32,448 nt of DNA from Candidatus Sulfotelmatobacter sp. GTDB taxonomy: Bacteria > Acidobacteriota > Terriglobia > Terriglobales > Acidobacteriaceae. Positions 17,423-26,124 of this stretch are shown piece after piece (position 1 is the stretch's first letter; each line of letters starts with the position of its first letter). Both the position numbers and the translations under genes were made by a program. The stretch lies in NCBI GenBank assembly GCA_030037515.1, contig JASHRE010000197.1, positions 1 to 32,448 on the forward strand, given 5' to 3'. Under the pieces are notes generated by a model that worked only from the letters and a program-made list of their open reading frames with translations, ran no database searches and was not told where the DNA came from.

Positions 17423-17638
17423 TTACCCCAGCGGCGTGTCGCTCATGCGGAAGCGCGTCCGCACGTGCTCGGAAATAAGTTCAATCGCAGATCGGTTGAT
17501 GATTGGGTCGACTTGGACAAGATACTTTATCGCTTCGACCAAGAGGCGCTGCCCTTCCACGTAGCGTGGATCAGAAGTGCGCTCGCGCCGTTTGTTGCCG
17601 AGCTTCGGAGGGACTGGAATCGTAAAAACTTTAGCCAT
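17423..17638 (-). CDS. Hypothetical small protein (71 aa), no family recognised
   Basis: ORF MAKVFTIPVPPKLGNKRRER...; hand-counted GC3 is about 64%, similar to neighbouring genes. It has its own AT-rich upstream region with repeats, but no strong SD. Confidence 0.4.
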   Translation of the reverse strand: MAKVFTIPVPPKLGNKRRERTSDPRYVEGQRLLVEAIKYLVQVDPIINRSAIELISEHVRTRFRMSDTPLG

Positions 17639-17750
17639 GAATCCAACCTAACGGTATCAAACCCAAGAGTATCAAATCGAACTATTTGGTCAGTATATCG
17701 TTCCCCGTAGACTTCTCGGCACACTTTCTTTCCCCTTTGCTATCAAAGAC

Positions 17751-18485
17751 TTATCGTTGCAACGTGCTCGTCTGCGTCTTCTTGTTGGTCTTCAGCTGGA
17801 AAACCTCGTTCTTGATCGGCTCGTTCAACTTGATGTTGGAATACTTCGTCAGGCGAGAATCGTCCTGTGGCGTTACAAGCTTCTGCTGGACGGAAATGCC
17901 CCGGTCGAGATCAATCCACAAAAAAATCTGTTTGAAGGTATTGCGGACTTTCTCGGACCTTGGGATCAGCTGCAACTTGGCGGCGGAAACCCCCTGTGCC
18001 AGCTCCGTCCCAACGTAGGTCACCTCGAATTGCTTCTCCAGATCCTGGCCGCTGGCGCCAAACCCAACGAGCACGAGATAGGACTCGAAGTCCGACCCGT
18101 TCTTGCCTAAATTGTAGACCGTGAGCTGGTTTGGCCCGGGCTGATAAATCTGAATTTCGTCGTCGCTAAACAGCACGTATTTCGGCTGGGGTTTCAGTTC
18201 ATCGCGATCGGGCCCGTCTTTGCGGATGTCGGCCATCACCTCAACTTTTGTCCCGCTGCGGCGGTAGTAGATGATGCCGGTTTGGACATCGTCGACTTCA
18301 TCGATCACTTTTTCATAGCGATCCCATTCGAAATCGGCTTGCGCGCTGGTGAACCCGGCTGCAACTGCGTCCATCTTTTTGAGAACTGAGTCGAGCGTAG
18401 GAACCGGTGATGGATGAGCGGCAGCGCCCAGGCGAAAAACGGCGCAAGCCAAAGCGATCGGAAACAGCATCCACCATCCTTTCAT
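17751..18485 (-). CDS. LolA-like outer-membrane lipoprotein carrier/sorting family protein, secreted
   Basis: Signal peptide MKGWWMLFPIALACAVFRLGAAA. The pattern F.A.F....Y.....D...G.IYY.R.G...V and the overall beta-rich composition are typical of the LolA fold family. The assignment is from recall only. Confidence 0.6.
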   Translation of the reverse strand: MKGWWMLFPIALACAVFRLGAAAHPSPVPTLDSVLKKMDAVAAGFTSAQADFEWDRYEKVIDEVDDVQTGIIYYRRSGTKVEVMADIRKDGPDRDELKPQPKYVLFSDDEIQIYQPGPNQLTVYNLGKNGSDFESYLVLVGFGASGQDLEKQFEVTYVGTELAQGVSAAKLQLIPRSEKVRNTFKQIFLWIDLDRGISVQQKLVTPQDDSRLTKYSNIKLNEPIKNEVFQLKTNKKTQTSTLQR

Positions 18486-18531
18486 CGCTGATTTCTCGCG
18501 GCGATACCTTTTGACTCTATTCCCGCTTCAT

Positions 18532-18984
18532 TTATTCGCGTTTCACCAGCACTTTGTAGCCTTCGATGCGCCCCTTGCTGTCGGTAACGGGTTCGTAGCT
18601 GACGATGGCAACCGCTCCCGAAATCGGTTCGATGATGCGCAGCAATTGCTCGCGGACGGAATGATCGTCGCCACCCGAAATGTCGCCGGCCGAGACCTGA
18701 TAAAAAACGCGGCCATCAGCGTCGGTTGTCACCATCACTTCAGTCGGATGCGGATTGCGGGCGATGGGTTTGTCGTTGTAGTCGATCACGCGCGGCGACA
18801 GAAAAATGAAGAGCAGAATCAACGTGACCATGATGTCGTAATGCAGCGTGCCGCGCTCGTGTTGCCAGAGAACATAGCTGCGGATGGTGCGCCAGACGGC
18901 ATTCACAGGAAGGGGCACGCTCGCATCCGCGGCTGTCGAATCGGCTCTCTGCAAATCGACTCCTTGAAACTTCACGACCACCAC
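18532..18984 (-). CDS. Hypothetical single-pass membrane protein (150 aa)
   Basis: GTG start at 18982-18984 overlaps the last codons of serS by 13 nt. It has one hydrophobic helix, [19 protein letters not shown]. No family recognised. Confidence 0.5.
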   Translation of the reverse strand: MVVVKFQGVDLQRADSTAADASVPLPVNAVWRTIRSYVLWQHERGTLHYDIMVTLILLFIFLSPRVIDYNDKPIARNPHPTEVMVTTDADGRVFYQVSAGDISGGDDHSVREQLLRIIEPISGAVAIVSYEPVTDSKGRIEGYKVLVKRE

Positions 18985-20270
18985 GTTTTATTCGTGATCC
19001 GTTCCGCTCCAATATAGGGTCGCAGCGCTTCGGGAATCACCACACTTCCATCCGCCTGCTGATAGTTCTCAACGATCGCAACCCACGTGCGGCCAACGGC
19101 GAGTCCGCTGCCGTTCAGAGTATGTACGAGTTCCGCCTTGTTCTTGCCTTCCGGCCGGAAGCGAATATTCGCCCGCCGCGCTTGGTACGACTCGAAATTC
19201 GAGCACGACGAAATCTCTCGGTAAAGCTGCTGGCCCGGCAGCCAAACTTCAATATCATACGTCTTGGCCGAAGCCGCCCCCATGTCTGCGGTGCAAAGCA
19301 CGACCACACGGTAATGCAGCCCCAGCTTCTGCAGAACTTCTTCGGCATCGTGCGTCAGCTTCTCGTGCTCTTGGTAGGAGTGCTCCGGCCGCGCAAACTT
19401 GACCAATTCCACCTTTTGAAACTGATGCTGCCGGATGATGCCGCGTACATCTTTTCCATACGATCCAGCTTCGCTGCGGAAACAAGGCGTATAGGCCGTC
19501 AGCGAAATCGGCAATCGCGCTTGCTCCAAGACTTCATCGCGATAAAGATTTGTGACCGGGACTTCAGCGGTCGGAATCAGCCAAAGATCTTTATCGCCAT
19601 GAGGGACGCGGAACGAATCCGCCGCAAACTTTGGCAATTGACCGGTACCACGCATCGAATCAGAATTCACGAGAAATGGGGGCAGGACTTCCCTGTATCC
19701 ATGCTCGCGCGTGTGCAGATCGAGCATGAAATTCGCGAGCGCGCGCTCAAGTTTCGCGCCGAGACCCCAGTAAACGGCAAAACGCGCTCCGCTCAACTTG
19801 ACCGCCCGCTCCAGATCAAGGATGCCGAGCTCGGGGCCAAGATCCCAATGCGGCTTGGGAGTGAAATCAAATTTCGGCGGTGTGCCCCAGCGCCGCACTT
19901 CCACATTATCCTCTGCACTATGTCCGACCGGAACGGTCGCATGCGGCATGTTCGGAATGCCGAGGAGAATTTCGCGCAAGCCTAAATCGAGGTCGTTGGC
20001 CGTTCTTTCGAGCGTTTGAATCTGCTCGCGCAGTTCCCTGGTCTCGGTCATCGCCGCGCTGGCATCCTCACCAGCTCTTTTCTGCTTGGCGATCTCTTCA
20101 GAAGCCTGGTTGCGCTGCGCTTTGCGAGTCTCGGCTTCAGTGATGGCCTGCCGCCGCTTGGTATCGAGCTCGCGAAAGTCTTTGAGCACCGCAGCGGGAT
20201 CCGTGCCGCGCTGCCGCAGCATCTCTTCGACTTTCCCCAGATTCTCGCGCACGAAACTCAGATCGAGCAT
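18972..20270 (-). CDS. serS: Seryl-tRNA synthetase
   Basis: N-terminal coiled coil [11 protein letters not shown]...; class II motifs FRSEAGS, and GSGLAVGRT. Confidence 0.95.
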   Translation of the reverse strand: MLDLSFVRENLGKVEEMLRQRGTDPAAVLKDFRELDTKRRQAITEAETRKAQRNQASEEIAKQKRAGEDASAAMTETRELREQIQTLERTANDLDLGLREILLGIPNMPHATVPVGHSAEDNVEVRRWGTPPKFDFTPKPHWDLGPELGILDLERAVKLSGARFAVYWGLGAKLERALANFMLDLHTREHGYREVLPPFLVNSDSMRGTGQLPKFAADSFRVPHGDKDLWLIPTAEVPVTNLYRDEVLEQARLPISLTAYTPCFRSEAGSYGKDVRGIIRQHQFQKVELVKFARPEHSYQEHEKLTHDAEEVLQKLGLHYRVVVLCTADMGAASAKTYDIEVWLPGQQLYREISSCSNFESYQARRANIRFRPEGKNKAELVHTLNGSGLAVGRTWVAIVENYQQADGSVVIPEALRPYIGAERITNKTWWS

Positions 20271-21035
20271 GGGCGAATTAGGCGCTGATATGCCTTCCTA
20301 CTGTATCGAAAAAGAGCCGCAGAATGCACGTGCGCCCTGTGGCGCGGAGTGCGTGGCGTGGGCCCCCGTTGCACAAAGCCGCCAGCATCTGAGGGAACCT
20401 GTGGCGCCGGCGGCCCGCCCGGGAAAAGTGCAACCTCCCGAACACCCCGACAGTAGCCGGATCAACCTTCCCTCCATTCCTTCACCCGCACAGCGGCATG
20501 ATGTTGGCCTGCCATCCGGATTTCGCCCATGCTCGACCGCAAGCAAATGCTCAGAGGGATTCTGCACGACCAGAACGTGTTTCACCGTGACGGCCCCGCG
20601 GTCGGCCGGCGGAATCAGCCACGGATGATGCCGTTTGTTCGCGGTGATGGCCAGCATCCGTCATTAGCCCGCTCACGACCATCCCCCATCGAACCTCAGA
20701 CACAGATGCGGGAGATGAATCCCCAAGGAATTGCGCGCCCGCGCTCGGTCCACACCGGATGCTGCGCCGCATGGGGCATCGGCAGTCAGCCGATGCGGCT
20801 GCGGGTACGGCGGGCTGTCGTATTCCCGCGCCAGCACGCGGCCTTAGTCTTCCCAGCTACCAGGCGAAGACAACATGTTAGGGCCTTCAATGTCGGCAAA
20901 ATCTGCACCGCAACCACAACATCAAATACCGGCCTCGGGTTCGTAGGCGAGAACACCATTGAGGCGGGCCTGTTCTGGCCGAAAGCCTTGAGTCTTCCAC
21001 GCTTGGGTGCGATCATGAGTCTCAGCGAGGTGCCT

Positions 21036-21350
21036 ATGGCCGAGAAACCCCATCCCGGAATCAGCCTGCACAAGCTCCCGGTCGGTGGCGGATTTATTGG
21101 CTTGCTGTTTGCTGCCGGAAGCGCGCTGATTTTCCTGCTGGGACTGCCTGCCCTATGGTGTTTCGTCGTCTTCAGCGCAGCTCTGGGCATGGGGATTGCA
21201 GGGTTGATGCGCGTCGTGAGCGCTCGTCGGTCGAATCGCACCAAGCCGCTTTCAATTCTTTCCGGCGCAGAGAAAACCGCGACCAAACCGAGATCGACTG
21301 AGAGCAAACGCAATCTGCTGCGGTCGGCGGCGACATTCACTCCGGCATAA
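21036..21350 (+). CDS. Small hypothetical membrane protein (two predicted TM helices)
   Basis: MAEKPHPGISLHKLPVGGGFIGLLFAAGSALIFLLGLPALWCFVVFSAALGMGIAGLM..., with GAGG 7 nt upstream. The same frame is open back to 20529, but that upstream part is R-rich and unconvincing, and ATG 21015 is an alternative start. Confidence 0.5.
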   Translation: MAEKPHPGISLHKLPVGGGFIGLLFAAGSALIFLLGLPALWCFVVFSAALGMGIAGLMRVVSARRSNRTKPLSILSGAEKTATKPRSTESKRNLLRSAATFTPA

Positions 21351-21414
21351 TCGCGGAGACCAGATCCATCGCACTTTTGGCGGATTTGCCCGCGCTGTGT
21401 AAACTACCTTCGCG

Positions 21415-23052
21415 ATGCGAGCATCCCCCCGATCTTCCGCGCAGCGGTCTGCATCCCTGTTTCTCTTTCTTGGTCTCGCAGCCTTCAGTTTCGCTTCCGC
21501 CTATAACGCTCATCCCAAACTCGTCGTCGTCATCGTCATCGACCAGTTCCGCGAGGATTATCTCGATCGCTATCGCGATGAATTCGGCGACGCAGGCTTT
21601 CGCAAGCTTCTCGATCGCGGCGCGTATTTTTCCAATTGCAACTACGACTATGCCAACACGCGCACCGCTCCCGGACACGCAACGCTCTTCACCGGCGCTT
21701 ACACCACCGGCCACGGAATCGTCGGCAACGAATGGTTGGATCCCGTCAAAAAGGCGATGGTCACTTCGGTCGAAGATGATTCGACAACGCTCGTCGGTGT
21801 GAATGGGAACGAGCCCGGCGCTTCGCCCCACAATCTGATGGCCGACACGTTGGGCGACGAACTCAAGCTGGCCACGCAAGGCAAGGCCCGAGTCTTTGCC
21901 ATTTCACTCAAAGACCGCGCCGCGGTGCTGCCTGGCGGTTTTGCCGCCGACGGCGCTTATTGGATCGAACCGCAGCGCGGCGAATGGATCACTTCCAGCT
22001 ATTACCGCAAGGATCTTCCGCAATGGGTACTCGATTTCAACTCCCGCCAGATCGAAAAATATTGGAACCGCGAATGGAAAGATGCGCAGGGCATACGGCT
22101 GCGCTCAACCGAGCATCGCAAGAAAAGAGACGGCACGGAAGCAGGATTTTATGAGGTCGTCGGTGCGACTTCATTCGCCAATGCGTACGAACTGGAATTC
22201 GCCCGGAATCTGATCCTTCACGAAAACGTGGGCCGAGGTCCGGCGACAGATTTGCTTTCGATCAGCCTGTCGGCCAACGATATTCTCGGGCACCAGGTCG
22301 GTCCCGATTCACCCGAAATGCATCAGATGGCCCTCGATCTCGACCGCGATCTCGCCGATTTTTTCGATTTCCTCGGTCATCAAATCGGTTTCGCCGATAC
22401 CTGGATCGCACTGTCCGCCGATCATGGCGTGTCCCCGCTTCCGCAGCAGGTCCGCAAGCTGCACATTCCCGCGGAAAGTCTCGACCGCAATAAAATCGAA
22501 ACCGAAATCAATCACGCAGTCGGTGCGAAGTTCGGGCACACAGGTTTGTACGTGAAATCTGATTATCCGCTGTTCTGGCTCGATCAGCAGTCCTTTGCCG
22601 CGTTGCACGTTTCCGAACGCGCCGCCGAACAAGCGGTCGGCGAAGCCGCCGAACGCGCCGCCGATTTACGCGGCTATTACACGAAGTGGCAACTAGCCGC
22701 TGGAGACGCTCCCAATACGGCTCTTGGCCGCAAGTATCTGAACAGTTATTCTCCGGAAGGCAACTGGTACGTGATGGGCATTCCCAACATCTACACCGTT
22801 GGCGTCGCTGCAGGCACCGATCATGTCTCTCCCTATAGCTACGACACGCACGTCCCGCTTGCGTTCTACGGATTGGCGTTTCAGCCCGGAACGTATCGCA
22901 ACAGCGTCGAGCCTGTCGACATGGCGGTAACGTTGGCATCTTTGCTCGGCATCAACGCGCCGACGCATGCCGTCGGTCGCGTGCTGACCGAAGCGCTCGC
23001 TCCCTCGCACTACCCCGGCACTAGTTTTGAATCCGGAGAGCGGCAACCATGA
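21415..23052 (+). CDS. Alkaline phosphatase superfamily protein, PafA-like / type I phosphodiesterase-nucleotide pyrophosphatase family, secreted
   Basis: Has a signal peptide, then KLVVVIVIDQFREDYLDRY, PGHATLFTG, ISLSANDILGH and SADHG. Confidence 0.75.
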   Translation: MRASPRSSAQRSASLFLFLGLAAFSFASAYNAHPKLVVVIVIDQFREDYLDRYRDEFGDAGFRKLLDRGAYFSNCNYDYANTRTAPGHATLFTGAYTTGHGIVGNEWLDPVKKAMVTSVEDDSTTLVGVNGNEPGASPHNLMADTLGDELKLATQGKARVFAISLKDRAAVLPGGFAADGAYWIEPQRGEWITSSYYRKDLPQWVLDFNSRQIEKYWNREWKDAQGIRLRSTEHRKKRDGTEAGFYEVVGATSFANAYELEFARNLILHENVGRGPATDLLSISLSANDILGHQVGPDSPEMHQMALDLDRDLADFFDFLGHQIGFADTWIALSADHGVSPLPQQVRKLHIPAESLDRNKIETEINHAVGAKFGHTGLYVKSDYPLFWLDQQSFAALHVSERAAEQAVGEAAERAADLRGYYTKWQLAAGDAPNTALGRKYLNSYSPEGNWYVMGIPNIYTVGVAAGTDHVSPYSYDTHVPLAFYGLAFQPGTYRNSVEPVDMAVTLASLLGINAPTHAVGRVLTEALAPSHYPGTSFESGERQP

Positions 23053-23987
23053 CCGCCGACCAGTCGCGCTCTCCCGATCTCAGCGTCAACATCGCGGGCA
23101 TTGCGGTGAAGAATCCGGTTATTGCCGCCAGCGGAACTTTCGGCTACGGCGTCGAGTTCGAAGACATCGTTCATCTCTCCCGGCTGGGTGGCATCGTGGT
23201 CAAGGGATTGTCGAAGGAGCCCATGATCGGGAATCCTCCGCCGCGCTTGTGGGAAACGGCAGCCGGCATGCTAAACGCGATCGGTCTGCAAAACATCGGC
23301 GCGCCGGCATTCCTCGAAGAAAAGCTGCCGCACCTGCGCCGGATCCAAAACATCGTCGTGATCGCCAACATCTTCGGCTACACCCGTGAAGATTACGAGC
23401 GAACGATCGAAATTCTCAATGAAGGCGAGGGCATCGCCGCCTACGAACTGAACGTTTCCTGCCCGAACACCGAGCACGGAGGTCTGCAGTTCGGCAGCGA
23501 CTCGCGCACCCTCGACGAACTCGTCACGACGGCCAAGCGCGTGGCGCGGCGGCCGCTGATCGTGAAACTTTCGCCGAACGTGACCAGCATCGCGCAAATG
23601 GCTTACGTGGCGCAGGAATCCGGCGCAGACGCGCTCTCGCTCATCAACACCTTCGTCGCCATGGCGATCGATCCCGAGACGTGGAAACCGCGCATCGCCA
23701 ACGTCACCGCTGGATTGTCCGGCCCGGCCATCAAGCCCATTGCCGTGCGCATGGTTTACGACGCCGCGCACGCCGTAAAAATTCCAGTCATCGGCATGGG
23801 AGGAATCTCCACGGCCGAAGACGTAATCGAATTCATGCTCGCCGGCGCTACCGCAGTCGAAATCGGTACCGCGAGTTATTGGGATCCCTGCGCCACCGAG
23901 AAAATCGTCGACGGGCTCCAACAGTGGTGCTCCGACCACCACATCGATCGTATCTCGGAACTCACGGGGGGAATGATTCTGGAATAG
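23049..23987 (+). CDS. pyrD: Dihydroorotate dehydrogenase, class 1B-type catalytic subunit
   Basis: Contains NPVIAASGTFGYG, ELNVSCPN, IVKLSPN, and GMGGI. Its ATGA overlaps the upstream stop. Confidence 0.9.
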   Translation: MTADQSRSPDLSVNIAGIAVKNPVIAASGTFGYGVEFEDIVHLSRLGGIVVKGLSKEPMIGNPPPRLWETAAGMLNAIGLQNIGAPAFLEEKLPHLRRIQNIVVIANIFGYTREDYERTIEILNEGEGIAAYELNVSCPNTEHGGLQFGSDSRTLDELVTTAKRVARRPLIVKLSPNVTSIAQMAYVAQESGADALSLINTFVAMAIDPETWKPRIANVTAGLSGPAIKPIAVRMVYDAAHAVKIPVIGMGGISTAEDVIEFMLAGATAVEIGTASYWDPCATEKIVDGLQQWCSDHHIDRISELTGGMILE

Positions 23988-24077
23988 CCGTGTTCCTCGA
24001 GTGGTCTTCTGGAGGAAGGCTGAAACCAAGCGTTAGCGGACACATTTTGCGGAGCTGAGGTCAACCATATTAGATTG

Positions 24078-24117
24078 TTTCTCAGCGTTCTCTATTAGAG
24101 TTTCTCTGCCTTCTCTA
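24078..24117. repeat. Direct repeat of a 17-nt unit (TTTCTCAGCGTTCTCTA / TTTCTCTGCCTTCTCTA, 15/17 identical), 23 nt start-to-start, upstream of ruvX
   Basis: Read directly at 24078-24094 and 24101-24117. Confidence 0.45.
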
Positions 24118-24233
24118 CGGATCCTCGCCGCGCTTTCTGCGGGCTCGGGCGTTTTCAGTCTTGAGGTACAATCGCGCCCGAGCGGCATCGAGCTTTAGCC
24201 GCATTGGGCTCCACGGGACAGATAAACGCTGAG

Positions 24234-24698
24234 ATGACCAACGAAAGCCAAGACGACCCTGTCAGCCAGTCAGCGCGCGTGCTTGGGTTGGATGTTGGCC
24301 TGCGTCGCATCGGCATCGCCGTCTCTGACCCGCTGGGCATCACCGCGCAAGGTCTCGAAACCCTCCAACGAAAAAACAAGCGTTACGATTTTGAGCGCCT
24401 CAGCCAAATCATTCGCGAATACGACGTGAAGGAAATCGTCGTCGGACTGCCGCTGCGCATGAGCGGTGCCGAAGGCACGCAGGCCGGCAAAATGCAGGAA
24501 TTCGCCGAACAACTGCGCCGGCGCTTCCAAATGCCGGTTCACGTCTGGGATGAGCGCCTGACCTCCGCCGAAGCCAACCGCCTGCTGCGCGAAACCGATC
24601 TTTCGATCGAAAAGCGCGGCAAGGCCGTCGATCGCATGGCCGCCGTGCTGATCCTCCAGGGATGGATGGAAAGCCGCAGCCGCACACCAGGACTCTGA
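24234..24698 (+). CDS. ruvX: Holliday junction resolvase-like / pre-16S rRNA nuclease RuvX (YqgF)
   Basis: Contains VLGLDVGLRRIGIAVSD, VVGLPLRMSG and WDERLTS. ATG 24234 is preferred over TTG 24204. Confidence 0.85.
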   Translation: MTNESQDDPVSQSARVLGLDVGLRRIGIAVSDPLGITAQGLETLQRKNKRYDFERLSQIIREYDVKEIVVGLPLRMSGAEGTQAGKMQEFAEQLRRRFQMPVHVWDERLTSAEANRLLRETDLSIEKRGKAVDRMAAVLILQGWMESRSRTPGL

Positions 24699-24740
24699 CC
24701 TCAGGCTTCCGCCTTCAGGATCAACAAGCCGACGTGTGGC

Positions 24741-24760
24741 CCCGGACGCAGTCGTCCGGG
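24741..24760. terminator. Perfect 8-bp hairpin CCCGGACG-cagt-CGTCCGGG in the convergent ruvX/mltG gap
   Basis: Inverted repeat read directly. There is no U-run on either side, so terminator function is inferred only from position. Confidence 0.4.
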
Positions 24761-24799
24761 CGGTCGAGCATAGCTCGCCGGTCTGTCTCAGGCGCGCGC

Positions 24800-25897
24800 T
24801 TATCGTCCCCGCATCGCTTTCCGGTAGGCAGCCACGTTCTTGTCGTGTTCTTCCAGAGTTCGCGCAAAACGATGATGTCCCTGCGCATCCGCCACGAAGT
24901 AGAGATAATCCGTCTGCGCCGGATGCATGGCGGCTTCAAGCGAACTGCGTCCGGGATTACCGATCGGACCAGGGGGAAGCCCCGCGAAACGGTACGTGTT
25001 ATATGGCGAGTCGAACCGCATATCGGCGTGATGCAGCGCTCCTTGGTAACTTCCGGTCAGAAGCTCGGCATAGATGATGCTGGGGTCAGCGTCGAGCGCC
25101 ATTTTGTTGGCGATGCGGTTGTAATAGACGCCGGCCACAAGAGGGCGTTCTTCGGGAACGGCCGTTTCCTTCTCGATGATCGACGCCAGGGTGACGGTGC
25201 GCTCGAGCGGAGTCGGTTCTTTTGGCGGGGCAGCGTCGTCACCAACCACGTTGCTGCGAACTGAAATCATGACGCAACCTGCGTTCTCAGACGAAGAGGC
25301 TCCCCCTGCTGACTTGCACGGCGGTTCCTGGACGAGACCGATTCTTTCGGCCTCGACGCGAAACTGCCGAACCATCGCCGCCGCCAATTCGTCCATCGTC
25401 ATCATGCGCGTGAATTGGTACGTGTCGGGGAAAAGGTAGCCTTCGAGCGAGCCAGCACTGGGGGCAATGTCGGAAATCAGGTACGTGTCGTTTTTCGCCG
25501 CACTGAGAAAAGCTTCCGCCGGACCCAGACCCGCCGCCTGAATGGCTGCCGCGATATCAAACATCGTGTAGCCTTCAGGCACGACCACGGTGTGGAAATA
25601 CACATCGCCGCGACGTAACCGTCGCTGCACATCAACGATGCTGGACGGCTTTTCGAACAGATATTCACCCGCTTTGAGCGAGCGCTTGTGGTCGAGATAT
25701 CTCCAAAGAACGAACGCGTGCTCGTTGCGAATGATCCCGGCGCGTTTCAGTTCGGCGGCAATCCTTCGCGTTGAATATCCCGGGCGCAACAACACAATCG
25801 TTTGCGGCGCCGGTTCGACGGGCGCCATCACCGCCCAGGCAAACCATCCGCAAGCACCTAGAAACACAACGAAAGCGAGCCCGAGGAACCGTTTCAC
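24800..25897 (-). CDS. mltG: Endolytic murein transglycosylase MltG (YceG-like)
   Basis: N-terminal TM MKRFLGLAFVVFLGACGWFAW, then LKAGEYLF, ASIIEKE, YNTYRFAGLPPGPIGNPG and LYFVA. Confidence 0.9.
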   Translation of the reverse strand: MKRFLGLAFVVFLGACGWFAWAVMAPVEPAPQTIVLLRPGYSTRRIAAELKRAGIIRNEHAFVLWRYLDHKRSLKAGEYLFEKPSSIVDVQRRLRRGDVYFHTVVVPEGYTMFDIAAAIQAAGLGPAEAFLSAAKNDTYLISDIAPSAGSLEGYLFPDTYQFTRMMTMDELAAAMVRQFRVEAERIGLVQEPPCKSAGGASSSENAGCVMISVRSNVVGDDAAPPKEPTPLERTVTLASIIEKETAVPEERPLVAGVYYNRIANKMALDADPSIIYAELLTGSYQGALHHADMRFDSPYNTYRFAGLPPGPIGNPGRSSLEAAMHPAQTDYLYFVADAQGHHRFARTLEEHDKNVAAYRKAMRGR

Positions 25898-26124
25898 TAA
25901 TTTTCCAGTTATTCCGGTAGTTTAGATGATCTTCCGCCCCGTTGTGACCTAACGATGGTGGATCGCCTTTCGTGCCCACTCGCCCCGAAGTGCCGCTTTT
26001 GCGGAGATTTGCCGACTACGTCATACTTGATCTTGCGCCAGAGAGACCAGTTCAGGTCCTGCATCCTTTCCGGCACTGTATACTCAAATCTTTGATAGAA
26101 GTGTTGAGGTACGCCTTTATCTTG

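Noticed and set aside
20300-20470. T-box leader upstream of serS
   Set aside because: A terminator-like hairpin with a U-run is present, but I could not find the conserved T-box sequence (AANNNGGGUGGNACCGCG) or an obvious specifier-loop architecture. As far as I recall, T-boxes are also not established in this phylum.
20401-20628. Possible small Cys-rich peptide (GTG 20401 after GAGGGAA; ...CSTASKCSEGFCTTRTCFTV...) as a RiPP-like precursor
   Set aside because: There are no modification enzymes nearby. The composition is P/R/S-rich like an out-of-frame read. The matching SD-like word in the moeA spacer precedes a differently framed, unrelated peptide, so the conservation is at the nucleotide level.
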